The notes beneath the pieces were generated by a model that saw only the letters and a program-made list of their open reading frames with translations, had not been told where the DNA came from and searched no databases. Source: a virus (Duplodnaviria > Caudoviricetes). From it: a stretch of DNA of 64,000 nucleotides. The DNA lies in the IMG/VR virus record IMGVR_UViG_2885526491_000007, positions 1 to 64,000 of that record. One strand, written 5' to 3'. A program made the translations under genes and the position numbers. Positions 43,306 to 54,192 of the stretch are shown here, piece by piece. Position 1 is the first letter of the stretch. Each line of letters starts with the position of its first letter.

Positions 43306-43905
43306 CTAAAGAAAGTTCGAGATATCAAGTTCATCACTTTTATTTTTGTTCTTAAAAGTGTTTTGTAAAGATTGATCCCTTTTACTTTCCATTGCTTGAA
43401 CTCTAACTTCTGCTGCTTCTTGCTTAGATTTGTTCTGCCTGATTTTAAATGCATCATTCAAATACCCTAGCATAGTTGATATTGTGTAGTTTATTTGTGA
43501 CACAACAGCCCACTCGCCTATTTTATTGTTAATTGCATTCCTATTTGTCTGCTCCGCTAGACTGTACGCTTCGAGCATTAAAGCAAAATCAGGCCCAGTC
43601 CTCCACTTACGAGTCCTACTTCCATTCTTATTTTCATACCCAGCCCTCAGATCCTTGAGACGTGAGATGTTTCCTTTTGGTAGTAATAAAATATCGTGCA
43701 ACTTGATTATGTATTGGTATAAATTATTCCACTCTTGATTTTCCCTTGCTGTTTCTGCCTTCAACTTTAAATACTTATCATGACAATACTCAACATGATA
43801 GTATCTCTTATCTTCCTCATATTTCATGTCTTCCTTCTGTCCGTATTGAGTACAGATAGGACACTTAACTGGTCTAGCCAGTTTAATCACCTCCTCAAAA
43901 TACAA
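43306..43905 (-). CDS. Hypothetical replication-cluster protein with zinc finger
   Basis: VKCPIC...YYHVEYC; between ligase and helicase. Confidence 0.65.
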   Translation of the reverse strand: MYFEEVIKLARPVKCPICTQYGQKEDMKYEEDKRYYHVEYCHDKYLKLKAETARENQEWNNLYQYIIKLHDILLLPKGNISRLKDLRAGYENKNGSRTRKWRTGPDFALMLEAYSLAEQTNRNAINNKIGEWAVVSQINYTISTMLGYLNDAFKIRQNKSKQEAAEVRVQAMESKRDQSLQNTFKNKNKSDELDISNFL

Positions 43906-44734
43906 AACTTTCGAACTCAGGCAATCTCAACAAATTGTTTTTGGTATATCCTCTATGCTTGACTACACACTTGATGACAGGATCAATATAAACCGTATCC
44001 TCTGTCTCTCTCTTTTTAAGTTGCTGGAATACTTTATATCCCGCTTTTCTCTCGTTTGTGCCGACAGCTAAACTCATTACCCCAACCATTCGCTTACCAT
44101 CAGACAAGAGCCAACCAAATTCATTTTTCTTGTATCCAGCAATGAAGTATTCTCCTATCTCATACGCAATTACCTTCAACCACTTGTCGGATCGCTTATC
44201 TATCTCATACCTTGAATTAATATCCTTCAGAACGATTCCCTCAAGTTTCTGCTGCTTGGCAAGGTTAAAGTATTCAATTCCATTTCCTCTTATAAAGATC
44301 GACTTTGTATAATAGTCATTGTCCGTGAAGGCATTAGAAAGTATCACTTTGCGTTCCATAAGTGGTTCAGAAGCCACACTTTCACCCCTATAGTTAATGA
44401 TATCGAACGCACAGAACGTAACTTTATGTCTGCTTTTCTTGGACATAAACCTTTCCATGATTGATTCAAAGTTTGGTTTACCGTCTGAGTCAGTTACGAT
44501 CAGTTCTCCATCAAGCGTTGTCCCTTTTTGTATCGGTATGTTTTTAACCAACTCAGGAAACTTGGCTGTAACATCATTGTTGTGTCTTGTATAGATTTTT
44601 ACCTTATCTCTGTAATCGACGATAAGACGTATACCATCGAGTTTAAGCTCTGTTATATGCATGTTACTGTTGAAAGGCATATTGTTTGGAGCCTTGTATT
44701 GCAACATTGGAGAAGTAAACATATTATCACCCAT
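43895..44734 (-). CDS. ATP-dependent DNA ligase
   Basis: ELKLDGIR, LDGEL, AFDI, EGIVLK, WLKV. Confidence 0.92.
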   Translation of the reverse strand: MGDNMFTSPMLQYKAPNNMPFNSNMHITELKLDGIRLIVDYRDKVKIYTRHNNDVTAKFPELVKNIPIQKGTTLDGELIVTDSDGKPNFESIMERFMSKKSRHKVTFCAFDIINYRGESVASEPLMERKVILSNAFTDNDYYTKSIFIRGNGIEYFNLAKQQKLEGIVLKDINSRYEIDKRSDKWLKVIAYEIGEYFIAGYKKNEFGWLLSDGKRMVGVMSLAVGTNERKAGYKVFQQLKKRETEDTVYIDPVIKCVVKHRGYTKNNLLRLPEFESFVF

Positions 44735-44915
44735 TTAAGTATATCAAACAGGTGTTTGTATTTTCAGCGGTAATATATGTATGACTTAATACATCTACTC
44801 ACTCTTCTCACAAGCTTCTGAATCTTTATTATCACTATCTTTGCTCTTATAATGTTTTAATATGTCGTCTACTGTTTTAAGCTCTACTTCCACTTACAAT
44901 CATTCCAATCTTTGT

Positions 44916-45161
44916 TTATTCATTTTCTTCCCATTCATTTATTTCTACAAAGCGTTTTGTGCCATCATCCGTATAACCGAAAAACATGTTTGCTGGTCTA
45001 GCCCATAAAAGATCATCCTCGCCAATGTAGACAACTAACACCTCTCTGGTTTCAGTGTGTCTTGCGAGTCTTATAAGTTTGTATAATCCACCCTTATAAT
45101 GTCTAAATGATTGACCCTTGGTTTCCTCGAAACTCAATAAAATCACCTCACTAATACTCAC
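44916..45161 (-). CDS. DUF1653-like protein
   Basis: FRHYKGGLY...HTET...VVY...WARP..MF. Confidence 0.75.
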   Translation of the reverse strand: MSISEVILLSFEETKGQSFRHYKGGLYKLIRLARHTETREVLVVYIGEDDLLWARPANMFFGYTDDGTKRFVEINEWEENE

Positions 45162-45220
45162 TCTTTCTCTCGATATCTCCCATTTACTATTCCAATATTC
45201 TGATGAAACTGTACTTTTAC

Positions 45221-46402
45221 CTAGAATATCGGTACAGCTTTGACTTCAGTCCATTTGATATATTCTTCTTTCGGAATTTCACGTACTACATAGCAGCCAT
45301 TTGCCAAGATCTTGTCACTGTCCTTTTTAGTGAAGTTATCATAAGGTATAACAACTTCTATGAGTACACCTTTATTAAAATAATTGGACTTGTCGATCTC
45401 AAGTTTTTCACTAAAGTATAGATGTTCATTCTTAGGTACATTTATTTCACCAAACTTATACTCGTACTTACTATCATAATGACTAAAGTATTGACCATCT
45501 CGTTTCTCAACGAACTTGTAGTATTTCTGCGATTCTATGTATTGTTTTCCATCAATCTCGATCATATTGTTAGGTTCATTTTCAAATTCTCTAAGAGTGT
45601 TTTTCTTAGTAATTCTGTATGTATGTTCTTTAATATTCACTACTCTAACTGGCCCTTTTACAATCACATCAAGAATATCCTCTACGTCATCGTATTTAAT
45701 TTCTTTAGGTTTTTCAAAATAGTCTTCACTCATTGCAATATTTGCAATCTTATCAATGATCTTGCTTAGGCTAAATGCTTCACCTTCTTCAAGTTCAACA
45801 AGTTTGTCGTAGTTGATACCATACATTCCACCAAGATGCTGTTTCAATTCGTCTGTGTTAGTGATACATAATTCCATGCAACTCAGTGCAACTCGCAAAA
45901 ACTCAGGCTTAGAAATGTTATATCCCTTATCCTTATACTTCTGAACTCTCAGCAACGAAACAATTGGAAAGTCAGTGTTCTTGTTAAACTTCAAAATTCG
46001 TTGTGCATTGTGCTTCAAAAAGTCTTCATGCAATACAAACTGTTCTGTTTCAAAATCAAATGCTCCCATACATACTGTGTAGTCAAAAGTATTAAAGATA
46101 TCTTCTGCTCTCTCAAAATACTTAAAGTGAATCATTTGAATTTCCTTGTCATCTACTCTTACTAACAATGCCTTAGATGTTAGAGCATTTACCCAGTCAT
46201 TACTGTCATCATAAATCTCTTCAATCAACTCGGCTAGAGACTCTTCGTCTCTGAAGTACAAATCAATATCATTTACCGGATTGTTGCTGAAAATACTTGT
46301 GATTGTTCCTCCTGCTATGTATGCTTTCTGCTGCTTCAGAGTATTCACCAAGCTTGTTCCTAAATAATTGTACAATTTGTTCTTTTCGAAAATATAATCC
46401 AT
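45221..46402 (-). CDS. Nucleotidyltransferase (polA/CCA head-like)
   Basis: IAGG...DIDLYF, FDYTVC. Confidence 0.7.
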   Translation of the reverse strand: MDYIFEKNKLYNYLGTSLVNTLKQQKAYIAGGTITSIFSNNPVNDIDLYFRDEESLAELIEEIYDDSNDWVNALTSKALLVRVDDKEIQMIHFKYFERAEDIFNTFDYTVCMGAFDFETEQFVLHEDFLKHNAQRILKFNKNTDFPIVSLLRVQKYKDKGYNISKPEFLRVALSCMELCITNTDELKQHLGGMYGINYDKLVELEEGEAFSLSKIIDKIANIAMSEDYFEKPKEIKYDDVEDILDVIVKGPVRVVNIKEHTYRITKKNTLREFENEPNNMIEIDGKQYIESQKYYKFVEKRDGQYFSHYDSKYEYKFGEINVPKNEHLYFSEKLEIDKSNYFNKGVLIEVVIPYDNFTKKDSDKILANGCYVVREIPKEEYIKWTEVKAVPIF

Positions 46403-46746
46403 TTAATTAATTCCTCCTTTAGATTCATCTTACCATACATTTTAGTAATTGTACATATTTTTATTCTTAAATAATTCTAATTAAATCAACCTTTTACAAA
46501 GATTCTTGATGATATATTTGCGGCATCGCCAAAAGTTTTAACAAACACGAAATCCAACACCTCGAAATAGCGGTTAAATTGGATATCTGCCCACTTATAC
46601 AACAAGACTGGTTCGGTATATTTTGTAATTCATTGAGATCCATCAGATATGCTTCTGAACAAGTGGTTCCCCTTTTTAGATACTCTATGTAGGTAATACG
46701 TTCCGTTCTCATGTTCAATGACTAGATCCACTCTTTGCACTTTAGT

Positions 46747-47295
46747 TCACCTCCTTCCTTTAGGACGAAGAAACATCCACAATCTTCGATACCACTTTCT
46801 TGGTGGGTTAGCTATCTCTTCAAAAACTTCCTGATGCAATAAAGACTCAAAATGTATCAAAGAATCTCTTGCTGGAAAAATGATGTTTTTTTCGTCCTCT
46901 TCTATAAACACAACCTGTCCCTTATTTTCATGATAATAGGGTTCAACAAATTTAAAAAAGCTATTAACTTTTCCAACTAAGATTTCAAATGTATTAACTG
47001 TAGTCATAGAGTTAAATAAGTGCTTCCTGCTCTTGTATGCCTCTCTGAAGTTTGAAAATTCCTGTTTGGCATCTTTGATATCTTGCCTAGTTAATGCGCT
47101 TGATATAACCATCTCAACGAAACCAACAAGCTTAAATAACGAAGGAGAGACTCTATCATATGCTGCTACCTTCATTTCTCGTTTAATACGAATTCTTTCA
47201 ATTTCCAAACTCGCCTTCTTTTGTCTTGTGACATTAATCGTTGTCAACAATAACCCTGCTGATGATACCACTAAAGTCCATATAGGTACATTCAT
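46747..47295 (-). CDS. Hypothetical membrane-anchored protein
   Basis: N-terminal TM helix. Confidence 0.6.
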   Translation of the reverse strand: MNVPIWTLVVSSAGLLLTTINVTRQKKASLEIERIRIKREMKVAAYDRVSPSLFKLVGFVEMVISSALTRQDIKDAKQEFSNFREAYKSRKHLFNSMTTVNTFEILVGKVNSFFKFVEPYYHENKGQVVFIEEDEKNIIFPARDSLIHFESLLHQEVFEEIANPPRKWYRRLWMFLRPKGRR

Positions 47296-47855
47296 ACCAA
47301 TTTCTCCCCTTTCCTGTGAAAGTAAACTTTCTTAGAGATTATCTGCATCTGGAACAGATCTATCGACATTAGCTGTTACTTCTATGTCGCTGCATACTCT
47401 ATTGACTAATTTTCTTGCATCGTCTGCTGTAACTTCAAATAGTTCAGCTAGTTTATTTAAAGTTACATGACCTAGTAAATATAAACCCATCAGCTCGATT
47501 GGATTCAACTTCTTAATGTCTGTGTGATAATAATCGATCATCAAATTATTCGACTCTTTAGATGAGAACATAGTTCACCTCCACTCTGTGTGAAAGAAAG
47601 ATTTTATATAAACTTAAAATCACCCTTCTTGAATGTGAGACCACCATATGAGCTGCTAAGTTGTTTTGTTGCGACATCATCAAACTCCACTAGGTATAAG
47701 TCTTCAGAATTGCTTGTTCGGATCGGGTTTTCTTTTATGGTTCCTGATTTTCCAATAGCTTCTTTCCAAACTGTTGAATCGTTAATTATAACTCTTTTCT
47801 TCATACTATTTCACCCTTTTCTCCATGAAAGGAAAATTTGATCAGAATACTCTTA

Positions 47856-48221
47856 TTATTTTGTTTTTCTGCTTAAATGAATAGCGATTGAGTTAGTCAA
47901 ATCATCGGTATCGAACGATCCATTTGCAGCCTCAAGTTTAACGCCGTACTGTTCGATTTTTTCTTTAAGCTCAATCATTTTTGCAACATTTCTAAACAAA
48001 ACACTTGGTTGTGATGTAATGATTTTTTGGAATTTACCACTTTTCGAATCTTCAATTAGTTTAATTAGACTTGGTCTAGTCTCGTTAAGACCGCTATAGC
48101 CAAAATCCTCATAAACACCAACCAGTTTATCATTAACACCTAACATCTTCATACATTCTCGTTCCTGTGATTCAGTAGTTTGTTCTTTTGTTGCCGCTCT
48201 GTAGTAAAAAACTGTCTTCAT
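47856..48221 (-). CDS. Stand-alone serine-resolvase N-terminal domain lacking the catalytic Ser
   Basis: YYRAAT, YEDFGYSG...RPSL; SVLFR in place of DRLxR. Confidence 0.7.
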   Translation of the reverse strand: MKTVFYYRAATKEQTTESQERECMKMLGVNDKLVGVYEDFGYSGLNETRPSLIKLIEDSKSGKFQKIITSQPSVLFRNVAKMIELKEKIEQYGVKLEAANGSFDTDDLTNSIAIHLSRKTK

Positions 48222-48257
48222 TTTATCTCAACCTTTCTAGATCAAATGTACGTTTCT

Positions 48258-48896
48258 TTAAGATATGTGATTCTCAAGTTTCTTCTTCCAATCTGAGATT
48301 GTATCAAAAACAAATTTTGAAGTTTCTACAGACATTTTATTTACGGCTTCATGTTTTTCTAAAATTTTGAATACCTTATATGGAGTAATTGCATCAATTA
48401 TTATTTTGTTCTCATATTTTGGTATATCATATTTTATATCATTAAACACATCGTAATTGAAACGGTTCTTATAGCTAAATACAAATGTTGAATTTAGTTT
48501 ATGATCTCTTCCTCTCTCCTCGAACGCAGAAAGAGTCGAAGGATCTATTTTTTCAAGATTAGATTGAATCTCATCATATAAATAGATTAAAACTAAATCA
48601 GCAAACACTTTCTCTTGTTTATCTTTTTTCGTTTCATCTTCAAGTCTTTTAATCTCAAGTTGTTCTCTTTCATGATTTAGTTGTTTAATGGCTATATCAG
48701 TTTGCGATTTAGCAATTAATAGAGCTATAAAGGCCGCAGCTATACCTCCAGCGTAACTACCAAAAAAACTAACCCAGGTTTCAGAGTCTCCTATTGCTAT
48801 AGGATTTGGAATCCATGCTAGCACATTGATGAGAATAGGAATCAATATAACAGCAATCCAATATTTAAGTGGTATACCAAAAAACTCTTTATTCAT
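48258..48896 (-). CDS. Hypothetical membrane protein
   Basis: Two TM helices, WVSFFGSYAGG. Confidence 0.65.
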   Translation of the reverse strand: MNKEFFGIPLKYWIAVILIPILINVLAWIPNPIAIGDSETWVSFFGSYAGGIAAAFIALLIAKSQTDIAIKQLNHEREQLEIKRLEDETKKDKQEKVFADLVLIYLYDEIQSNLEKIDPSTLSAFEERGRDHKLNSTFVFSYKNRFNYDVFNDIKYDIPKYENKIIIDAITPYKVFKILEKHEAVNKMSVETSKFVFDTISDWKKKLENHIS

Positions 48897-48939
48897 TTCA
48901 GTTCATCTCCAAGTCACTCACAATAAAATATTTGTTTGA

Positions 48940-49632
48940 TTAAATCTTAATCATATCTGTATACAACAACCTCTGCCTATTTGGTAATTCAAAGTCATGA
49001 TGAAAATGACCAAAATACCATTGCTTATATTCTGCCTTCTGTTCAATACCGTAGAAGTAAGGATGCATCTCATCTCGATCCATTCTAATATTACAACGCT
49101 GCTCAATGTATTCCAATGCTGTAGTGGAACAGGTATGTGTCAGTATGTAATCCACTTTCCAGTTGTGCTTCTCTAAATTATTTAATCCTTCTTCATATTC
49201 CTCCTTTGACGGCATTTCACGACTCCACCATGACTTTCCTTCCTTGCGATACTCTTTGTCGTGTGAAGCAGCTCCACCAAACGTAAAGATCTTCTTACCT
49301 TCAATCTCAAAAACCTGTCCACGCATCAGATGAATAACGCTGTCGTTAATTCTATGTACTTTACCACCATTCCAAATCTCCACCGGATACTCTTCAAGTA
49401 AATCGAAGTTCTCATGGTTCCCATCAATAAACAGTGTCATAAATGGCTTAGTCTTATTCAGCCACTTAAGCCAGTATTGATCCTCTTTACTTCCATCCCA
49501 TATTAAACCGAAGTCTCCAGCAATGATTACATAGTCATCCTTAGTCATATCTCTTTGTTGTGGAAAGTTCTTAGTATTGAGTCGCTTGTTCACACTAATT
49601 GTTCCATGAATGTCTCCAGTAATATTGATCAT
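48940..49632 (-). CDS. Calcineurin-like metallophosphoesterase
   Basis: GDIHG, GDFG, GNHE, GHFH. Confidence 0.9.
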   Translation of the reverse strand: MINITGDIHGTISVNKRLNTKNFPQQRDMTKDDYVIIAGDFGLIWDGSKEDQYWLKWLNKTKPFMTLFIDGNHENFDLLEEYPVEIWNGGKVHRINDSVIHLMRGQVFEIEGKKIFTFGGAASHDKEYRKEGKSWWSREMPSKEEYEEGLNNLEKHNWKVDYILTHTCSTTALEYIEQRCNIRMDRDEMHPYFYGIEQKAEYKQWYFGHFHHDFELPNRQRLLYTDMIKI

Positions 49633-50378
49633 TTATGTCTCCTATCATTTTAGAGTCTCGATAATTTCAATTCCATTAATATCACAATCATAAAACTTAT
49701 CTTTATCATCATAATAAAAAATTGCTGACTTCTTAACTTTGAGTTTAAATTTACTGTTAGACTGTTCTTCTGTCCAAACAGCGATACCATCTTGTGTATT
49801 TGACATTATAAGATCGTAACCATCATTATCTGTATAAGCAAGAAAGTAATCAAGGCTTTCAAGCTCATTCATTTTTTCTATCACAATGTCTAATTTATTT
49901 TCAATGGCCCAGTCTTTCAACTCTATCCAGTTGCTCAATTTGAAACCTCCTTATTTTAAATGAAAGTCATATTTCATTAAATTCCGACTTATTTGAGTCA
50001 TCAGTTATTTCACCTATACCTCCTCTAATACTCTTAAGGTCGACATGGACTTCAATCACTTCGTTCGGGTCAAGTTGTTTCATTTTGAGTGATTTATTGC
50101 CATTTTCGTCTAGCAGCCAAGCTTCTCTAACTGAAAACTTTTTAATCAAATTCATACCCTCCCTTTCCTTAAATCTCACATTTCATATTGTTTCTTTTTC
50201 AAATAATAAAAGAAAAGATTAAGATGATGGAAAGAAGAATCCATGTGAAATATCCATAAGTTTATCCATCCATTTCTCGAACAAAAAGACCGCATTTTGT
50301 CGTGATATCTAAACCAAAACCGATGATAAATAGCCACAATCTCACCCCTATTATGTAAAAGATTCGTTTTACCCGATC

Positions 50379-50882
50379 TTACTCAACCTTGTACTCTTGT
50401 TCTTCCTTTTTCCGCTCATGTTTCTCTAAATAAAATTTGTGGAGAAACCTTCTTTTAATTGTGTCATTTAAATCCTGCTTTATCCAAGGCCTTGCTTCAT
50501 TTTTAGATCTTTCCCAATCATGCTTCAAAAGCGTACCAATACAATAACGAAACTCTTTCAGCACTTCTTGTGCTCTATTCCCTTTTTCGATTTCTTCTAA
50601 TAATTCTCTGATTCTGTTATCTAGTCTATTGTCAGAAGTAAACCTTAGAGGATTTAAACTCAATATCAGATGTGTGATGACACCCGCCTCTGTCTCCTTG
50701 TCTAGATCATATTTACCAGAATATATTTTCGAAGCGCTAATTTTAACAAACTCTCTCCACTTTGCTCTTTCATCCGTTATGTACTTTAACGATTGATTCT
50801 TATCATTGCTTATTTTGTTTATAATGGCTGCGATTACAGTAGCAGAAACGGAAGCCGTTATTATCGTTTGCAATATCCCCAT
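50379..50882 (-). CDS. Hypothetical protein
   Basis: Bounded by sites 50356 and 50901. Confidence 0.65.
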   Translation of the reverse strand: MGILQTIITASVSATVIAAIINKISNDKNQSLKYITDERAKWREFVKISASKIYSGKYDLDKETEAGVITHLILSLNPLRFTSDNRLDNRIRELLEEIEKGNRAQEVLKEFRYCIGTLLKHDWERSKNEARPWIKQDLNDTIKRRFLHKFYLEKHERKKEEQEYKVE

Positions 50883-51520
50883 AAGATTCTCCCCTTATTA
50901 TGAAACTACTCTTTTACTTAAACTTCGTTTCAATAACTTCAAAAACTTCTCCACATTCAACTTTTAATTTAATCGCAGCATTTTCTGCTCTTACAAAAGT
51001 AGTATATTTCTTTGCTGTAATTTCACTTCCAACTGTCACTGCTATGTATTCGTCCTCCCTTGCTAACTTTTTCTTTCTTAAGAAGTATTCTGTAGAGTTC
51101 AATCCAAACTTACGCATCAATACGAACATACCATTCCCTCATTTCCTTAACGACCAGTGCCACTCAGACAATAATTACAAATCGTCTCACCTTTGATAAC
51201 TCTCCATCCTTGATTCCTTAAAGCCTTCTCAGCAATCGATTTGTTACCTCTCATTTCTGCTGGATTAATATCTCCACTAGCCCAATTACCACACCTGTCA
51301 CAGCATGTATCATAATATCTTATTAAATTAAAACTCAATAAAGAAATCCCCCTTTTATCTATGAAAGACTAATTTTACTTTCTCTTATTACCATTATAAT
51401 CCTTTAATCATCCTGTTCAACACAATATCCTATGTATAAAAGCTGCGTCTCTTGTCATTAACAATTATTTATAATGTTATTTTATTATCTTTATTCTTAA
51501 AAGTCAAGTAACAAATCACT

Positions 51521-51883
51521 TCATGTCTTAGTTAGATCTATTTTCATGTAGTCAGCCAACATTACTAGCACATCTGTTCTAACCCTGCTCATTAGTGGGT
51601 TCATTTGATGCTGATATTTACGGATTGAGTAAGAAATAAACAAATTGTCTTTAGTTCTTCTCTGTTCGATGATTTTAATGTCACGGTCTCTTAATGTTTT
51701 CTTCAACTCATATATATCAGCGGTTATTCTATCTTGCAAAGAACTTAAATAAAATTTCAACTCTCTTTTTAATATGACACTGCTCTCATCTATCCTTTTC
51801 TTGTCTTCTTCTATAACGTCTAACAGTAACGGCATCTCAGCATATTTTTTCACCAACTCCAACTCTTCAGCACTTTGTTTCAT
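51521..51883 (-). CDS. Hypothetical protein downstream of yolD-like gene
   Basis: GGAGGA RBS before MKQSAEE. Confidence 0.6.
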   Translation of the reverse strand: MKQSAEELELVKKYAEMPLLLDVIEEDKKRIDESSVILKRELKFYLSSLQDRITADIYELKKTLRDRDIKIIEQRRTKDNLFISYSIRKYQHQMNPLMSRVRTDVLVMLADYMKIDLTKT

Positions 51884-52233
51884 TATTCTAATCCTCCTCC
51901 CGATAATCTGACAGCAACTAAACTCTTTATGTCGATCCATTCGTGCCCATTTTCCCATTCGATTCTAATCTTCTTTCCTAACTCATTAACCTTTGAAACA
52001 ATCCCACTTACAGCCCGTTTCGAATTCGATTCAAAAATCTCAAAGTATGCTTCTTCAGTATATCTATATGATATTCCTATGTTTTGATAAATAACTTCCC
52101 ATTCGTCCTCGTGTAAAAGTGGTTTAGATAAATCGTTATCTCTTGAACGATGTTCAATGATTCTTTCTTTATGTTGTGGCAGCATCATACGACTTGATTC
52201 CCACAGCCCATTTGCCTCCAGTTTTTTGCTCAT
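51883..52233 (-). CDS. YolD-like protein
   Basis: WESSRMMLPQH; coupled to UmuC-like gene. Confidence 0.8.
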   Translation of the reverse strand: MSKKLEANGLWESSRMMLPQHKERIIEHRSRDNDLSKPLLHEDEWEVIYQNIGISYRYTEEAYFEIFESNSKRAVSGIVSKVNELGKKIRIEWENGHEWIDIKSLVAVRLSGGGLE

Positions 52234-53474
52234 TTATAGTGTCCTCCAATTTTATTTGATCTGTCTATGGCTTGACCAGCAGATGTAATTGAGCTTGCCC
52301 GTAAGATTGCAATATCTCCAAAACGATCCTTAATGTCATCCATTACCTTATCAATCGCACGTTTTTGTTCTTGATCATCGAACAATGAGAGTTGATAGGT
52401 CTCAGCATTGGAAAGATTGGACAATGATATCCCCACTCTTCGCACAGGCTGACCATCCCAATGTTGCCTAAAGATTTGTTTAGCTATCTTACACACGTCT
52501 ACAGTTATGTTAGTGGGATCTTGCAACTTAACTTGTCGACTGAAACCTGTAGGATGATCAAAGTCTGCTCCCGATAAACTCATTGTAACTACACTACCCA
52601 TTAATCTCTTTTTACGTGCACGTCTACAAACCTCAGTACAGATATCTTGAATGACTACTTCAATCTCCCAAGCTTCTGTATAATCCCTAGGCAGCGTCAT
52701 ACCGTTCCCAATATCCTTTTGTACACTATGAGTATTAATTGTTACTGGAGAGTCATCCAGTCCATTTGCCACTCTCCAAATAACCTCTCCGTTTACGCCC
52801 CATTTGCTTCTCAATTTTGACAGAGGAGTATTCGCAAGCTGTCTTATTGTTCGAATGCCCATTTTCCATAAATGTTTTTCCATCCTAGACCCAATACCCC
52901 ACATATCACGAATTGGTTTATCGCCTATGTGCTGATGAAGCTCTTCTTTTTTAAGGAAGAATACTCCACCTTCAATTTTCTTAGCGATCAGGTCACAGCA
53001 AAGCTTACTCATCACTTTATTTGTTGAGATGCCAGCTCTTGCATAGACTCCCGTTTCATTGTAAATCTTGTCTTGAATCTGCTTTGCTAAATCAATGGGA
53101 TCATTGCCAAAAAGGTGTAGTGATCCTGACACGTCCGCGAAAAGTTCGTCGATGCTATAGGGTTCCACTAAGTCAGTAAACTCCTCAATAATGGACATAA
53201 TTTGAGTTGAAACTTCGATGTATTCCTGCATATGTGGCCTTACAATAATCAGCTCAGGGCACTTTTGAAGTGATTGCCATAATGGTTCAGCGGTTGACAC
53301 GCCTTTTGCTTTAGCTAGAGGACATGCAGCAAGTATGATTCCTGAACGCCTTGCTGGATCTCCTGCAACTGCCAACGGTTTGTTTTTATGTTGCGGCATT
53401 TTAGCCTTTTCTACACTGGCATAAAACGATTGCATGTCAATTAACATAATTGTCCGCTCTTTCTTCGCCATCAT
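52230..53474 (-). CDS. Y-family DNA polymerase (UmuC/UvrX-like)
   Basis: DMQSFYASVE, YSIDE, WGIG, QLSLF clamp-binding motif. Confidence 0.93.
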   Translation of the reverse strand: MMAKKERTIMLIDMQSFYASVEKAKMPQHKNKPLAVAGDPARRSGIILAACPLAKAKGVSTAEPLWQSLQKCPELIIVRPHMQEYIEVSTQIMSIIEEFTDLVEPYSIDELFADVSGSLHLFGNDPIDLAKQIQDKIYNETGVYARAGISTNKVMSKLCCDLIAKKIEGGVFFLKKEELHQHIGDKPIRDMWGIGSRMEKHLWKMGIRTIRQLANTPLSKLRSKWGVNGEVIWRVANGLDDSPVTINTHSVQKDIGNGMTLPRDYTEAWEIEVVIQDICTEVCRRARKKRLMGSVVTMSLSGADFDHPTGFSRQVKLQDPTNITVDVCKIAKQIFRQHWDGQPVRRVGISLSNLSNAETYQLSLFDDQEQKRAIDKVMDDIKDRFGDIAILRASSITSAGQAIDRSNKIGGHYK

Positions 53475-53496
53475 TATCACTCCCGTAGTTATATAA

Positions 53497-53538
53497 GAAC
53501 ATTTGTTTGTATTAGTATTATACACCGAACAGACGTTC
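53497..53538. promoter_or_regulatory. LexA/DinR SOS boxes
   Basis: GAAC-AGAC-GTTC (53527-53538) and GAAC-ATTT-GTTT (53497-53508) flanking a TATAAT. Confidence 0.8.
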
Positions 53539-53630
53539 TTTATGCAACAGGAAATTTTTGTAGTTCAATTAAACATTAAAGTTGTATAATACATTAGGTA
53601 TTCTATCTCACATAACAAGGGAGTATTAAA

Positions 53631-54134
53631 ATGAAGGACAAGTTAAAGGGGTTAGTGATTGGTATTCTGATCGGATCAACAATTACAGGGGCAACAGCAT
53701 TTGCAGCTACTACAACACCAATTAAAGCAGCAATCCAGAAAGTCAGTCTTTATGTAGATGGAACTAAGAAATCCACAACTGATGCAATAACGTACAAGAA
53801 CACTACATATATCCCAGTTAGAAGTATGAGTAATGCAATTGGTGAGAAGGTTTCATTAAAAGGGGATAATCTTTATATAGGCAAGCAGCCGAAGTTTATT
53901 GTAAATGAGGACAATGCCTACAAGTATGTTTATGCTAAGATCAAAGTTGATGCTGATAAATACAAACTGGGGTTCATGGACGAGGGATATAGTGATGATG
54001 GGAAATATTTTACGATCAGAGCTTATGAAGATCATCAAGAATACATCGTCACTTATGGATTTTATTATGTAGAATTGACTACAGGAAATGTTTATAAATT
54101 TGACCTTTTCTCTGACGGTTTAATAAAACTATAG
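53631..54134 (+). CDS. Secreted protein with copper-amine-oxidase-N/stalk-like domain
   Basis: Signal peptide ending AFA; YKNTTYIPVR. Confidence 0.75.
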   Translation: MKDKLKGLVIGILIGSTITGATAFAATTTPIKAAIQKVSLYVDGTKKSTTDAITYKNTTYIPVRSMSNAIGEKVSLKGDNLYIGKQPKFIVNEDNAYKYVYAKIKVDADKYKLGFMDEGYSDDGKYFTIRAYEDHQEYIVTYGFYYVELTTGNVYKFDLFSDGLIKL

Positions 54135-54160
54135 GGTGGATTTCTCCACCCCTTTTCTTC
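54134..54160 (+). terminator. Rho-independent terminator
   Basis: GGGTGGA-TTTC-TCCACCC then T-rich. Confidence 0.7.
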
Positions 54161-54192
54161 TTAAAACTTGTCTTTCATTGAAACAATCATAT

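Noticed and set aside
46494-46718. 74-aa ORF as a real gene
   Set aside because: No clear RBS or recognisable features; may be a remnant
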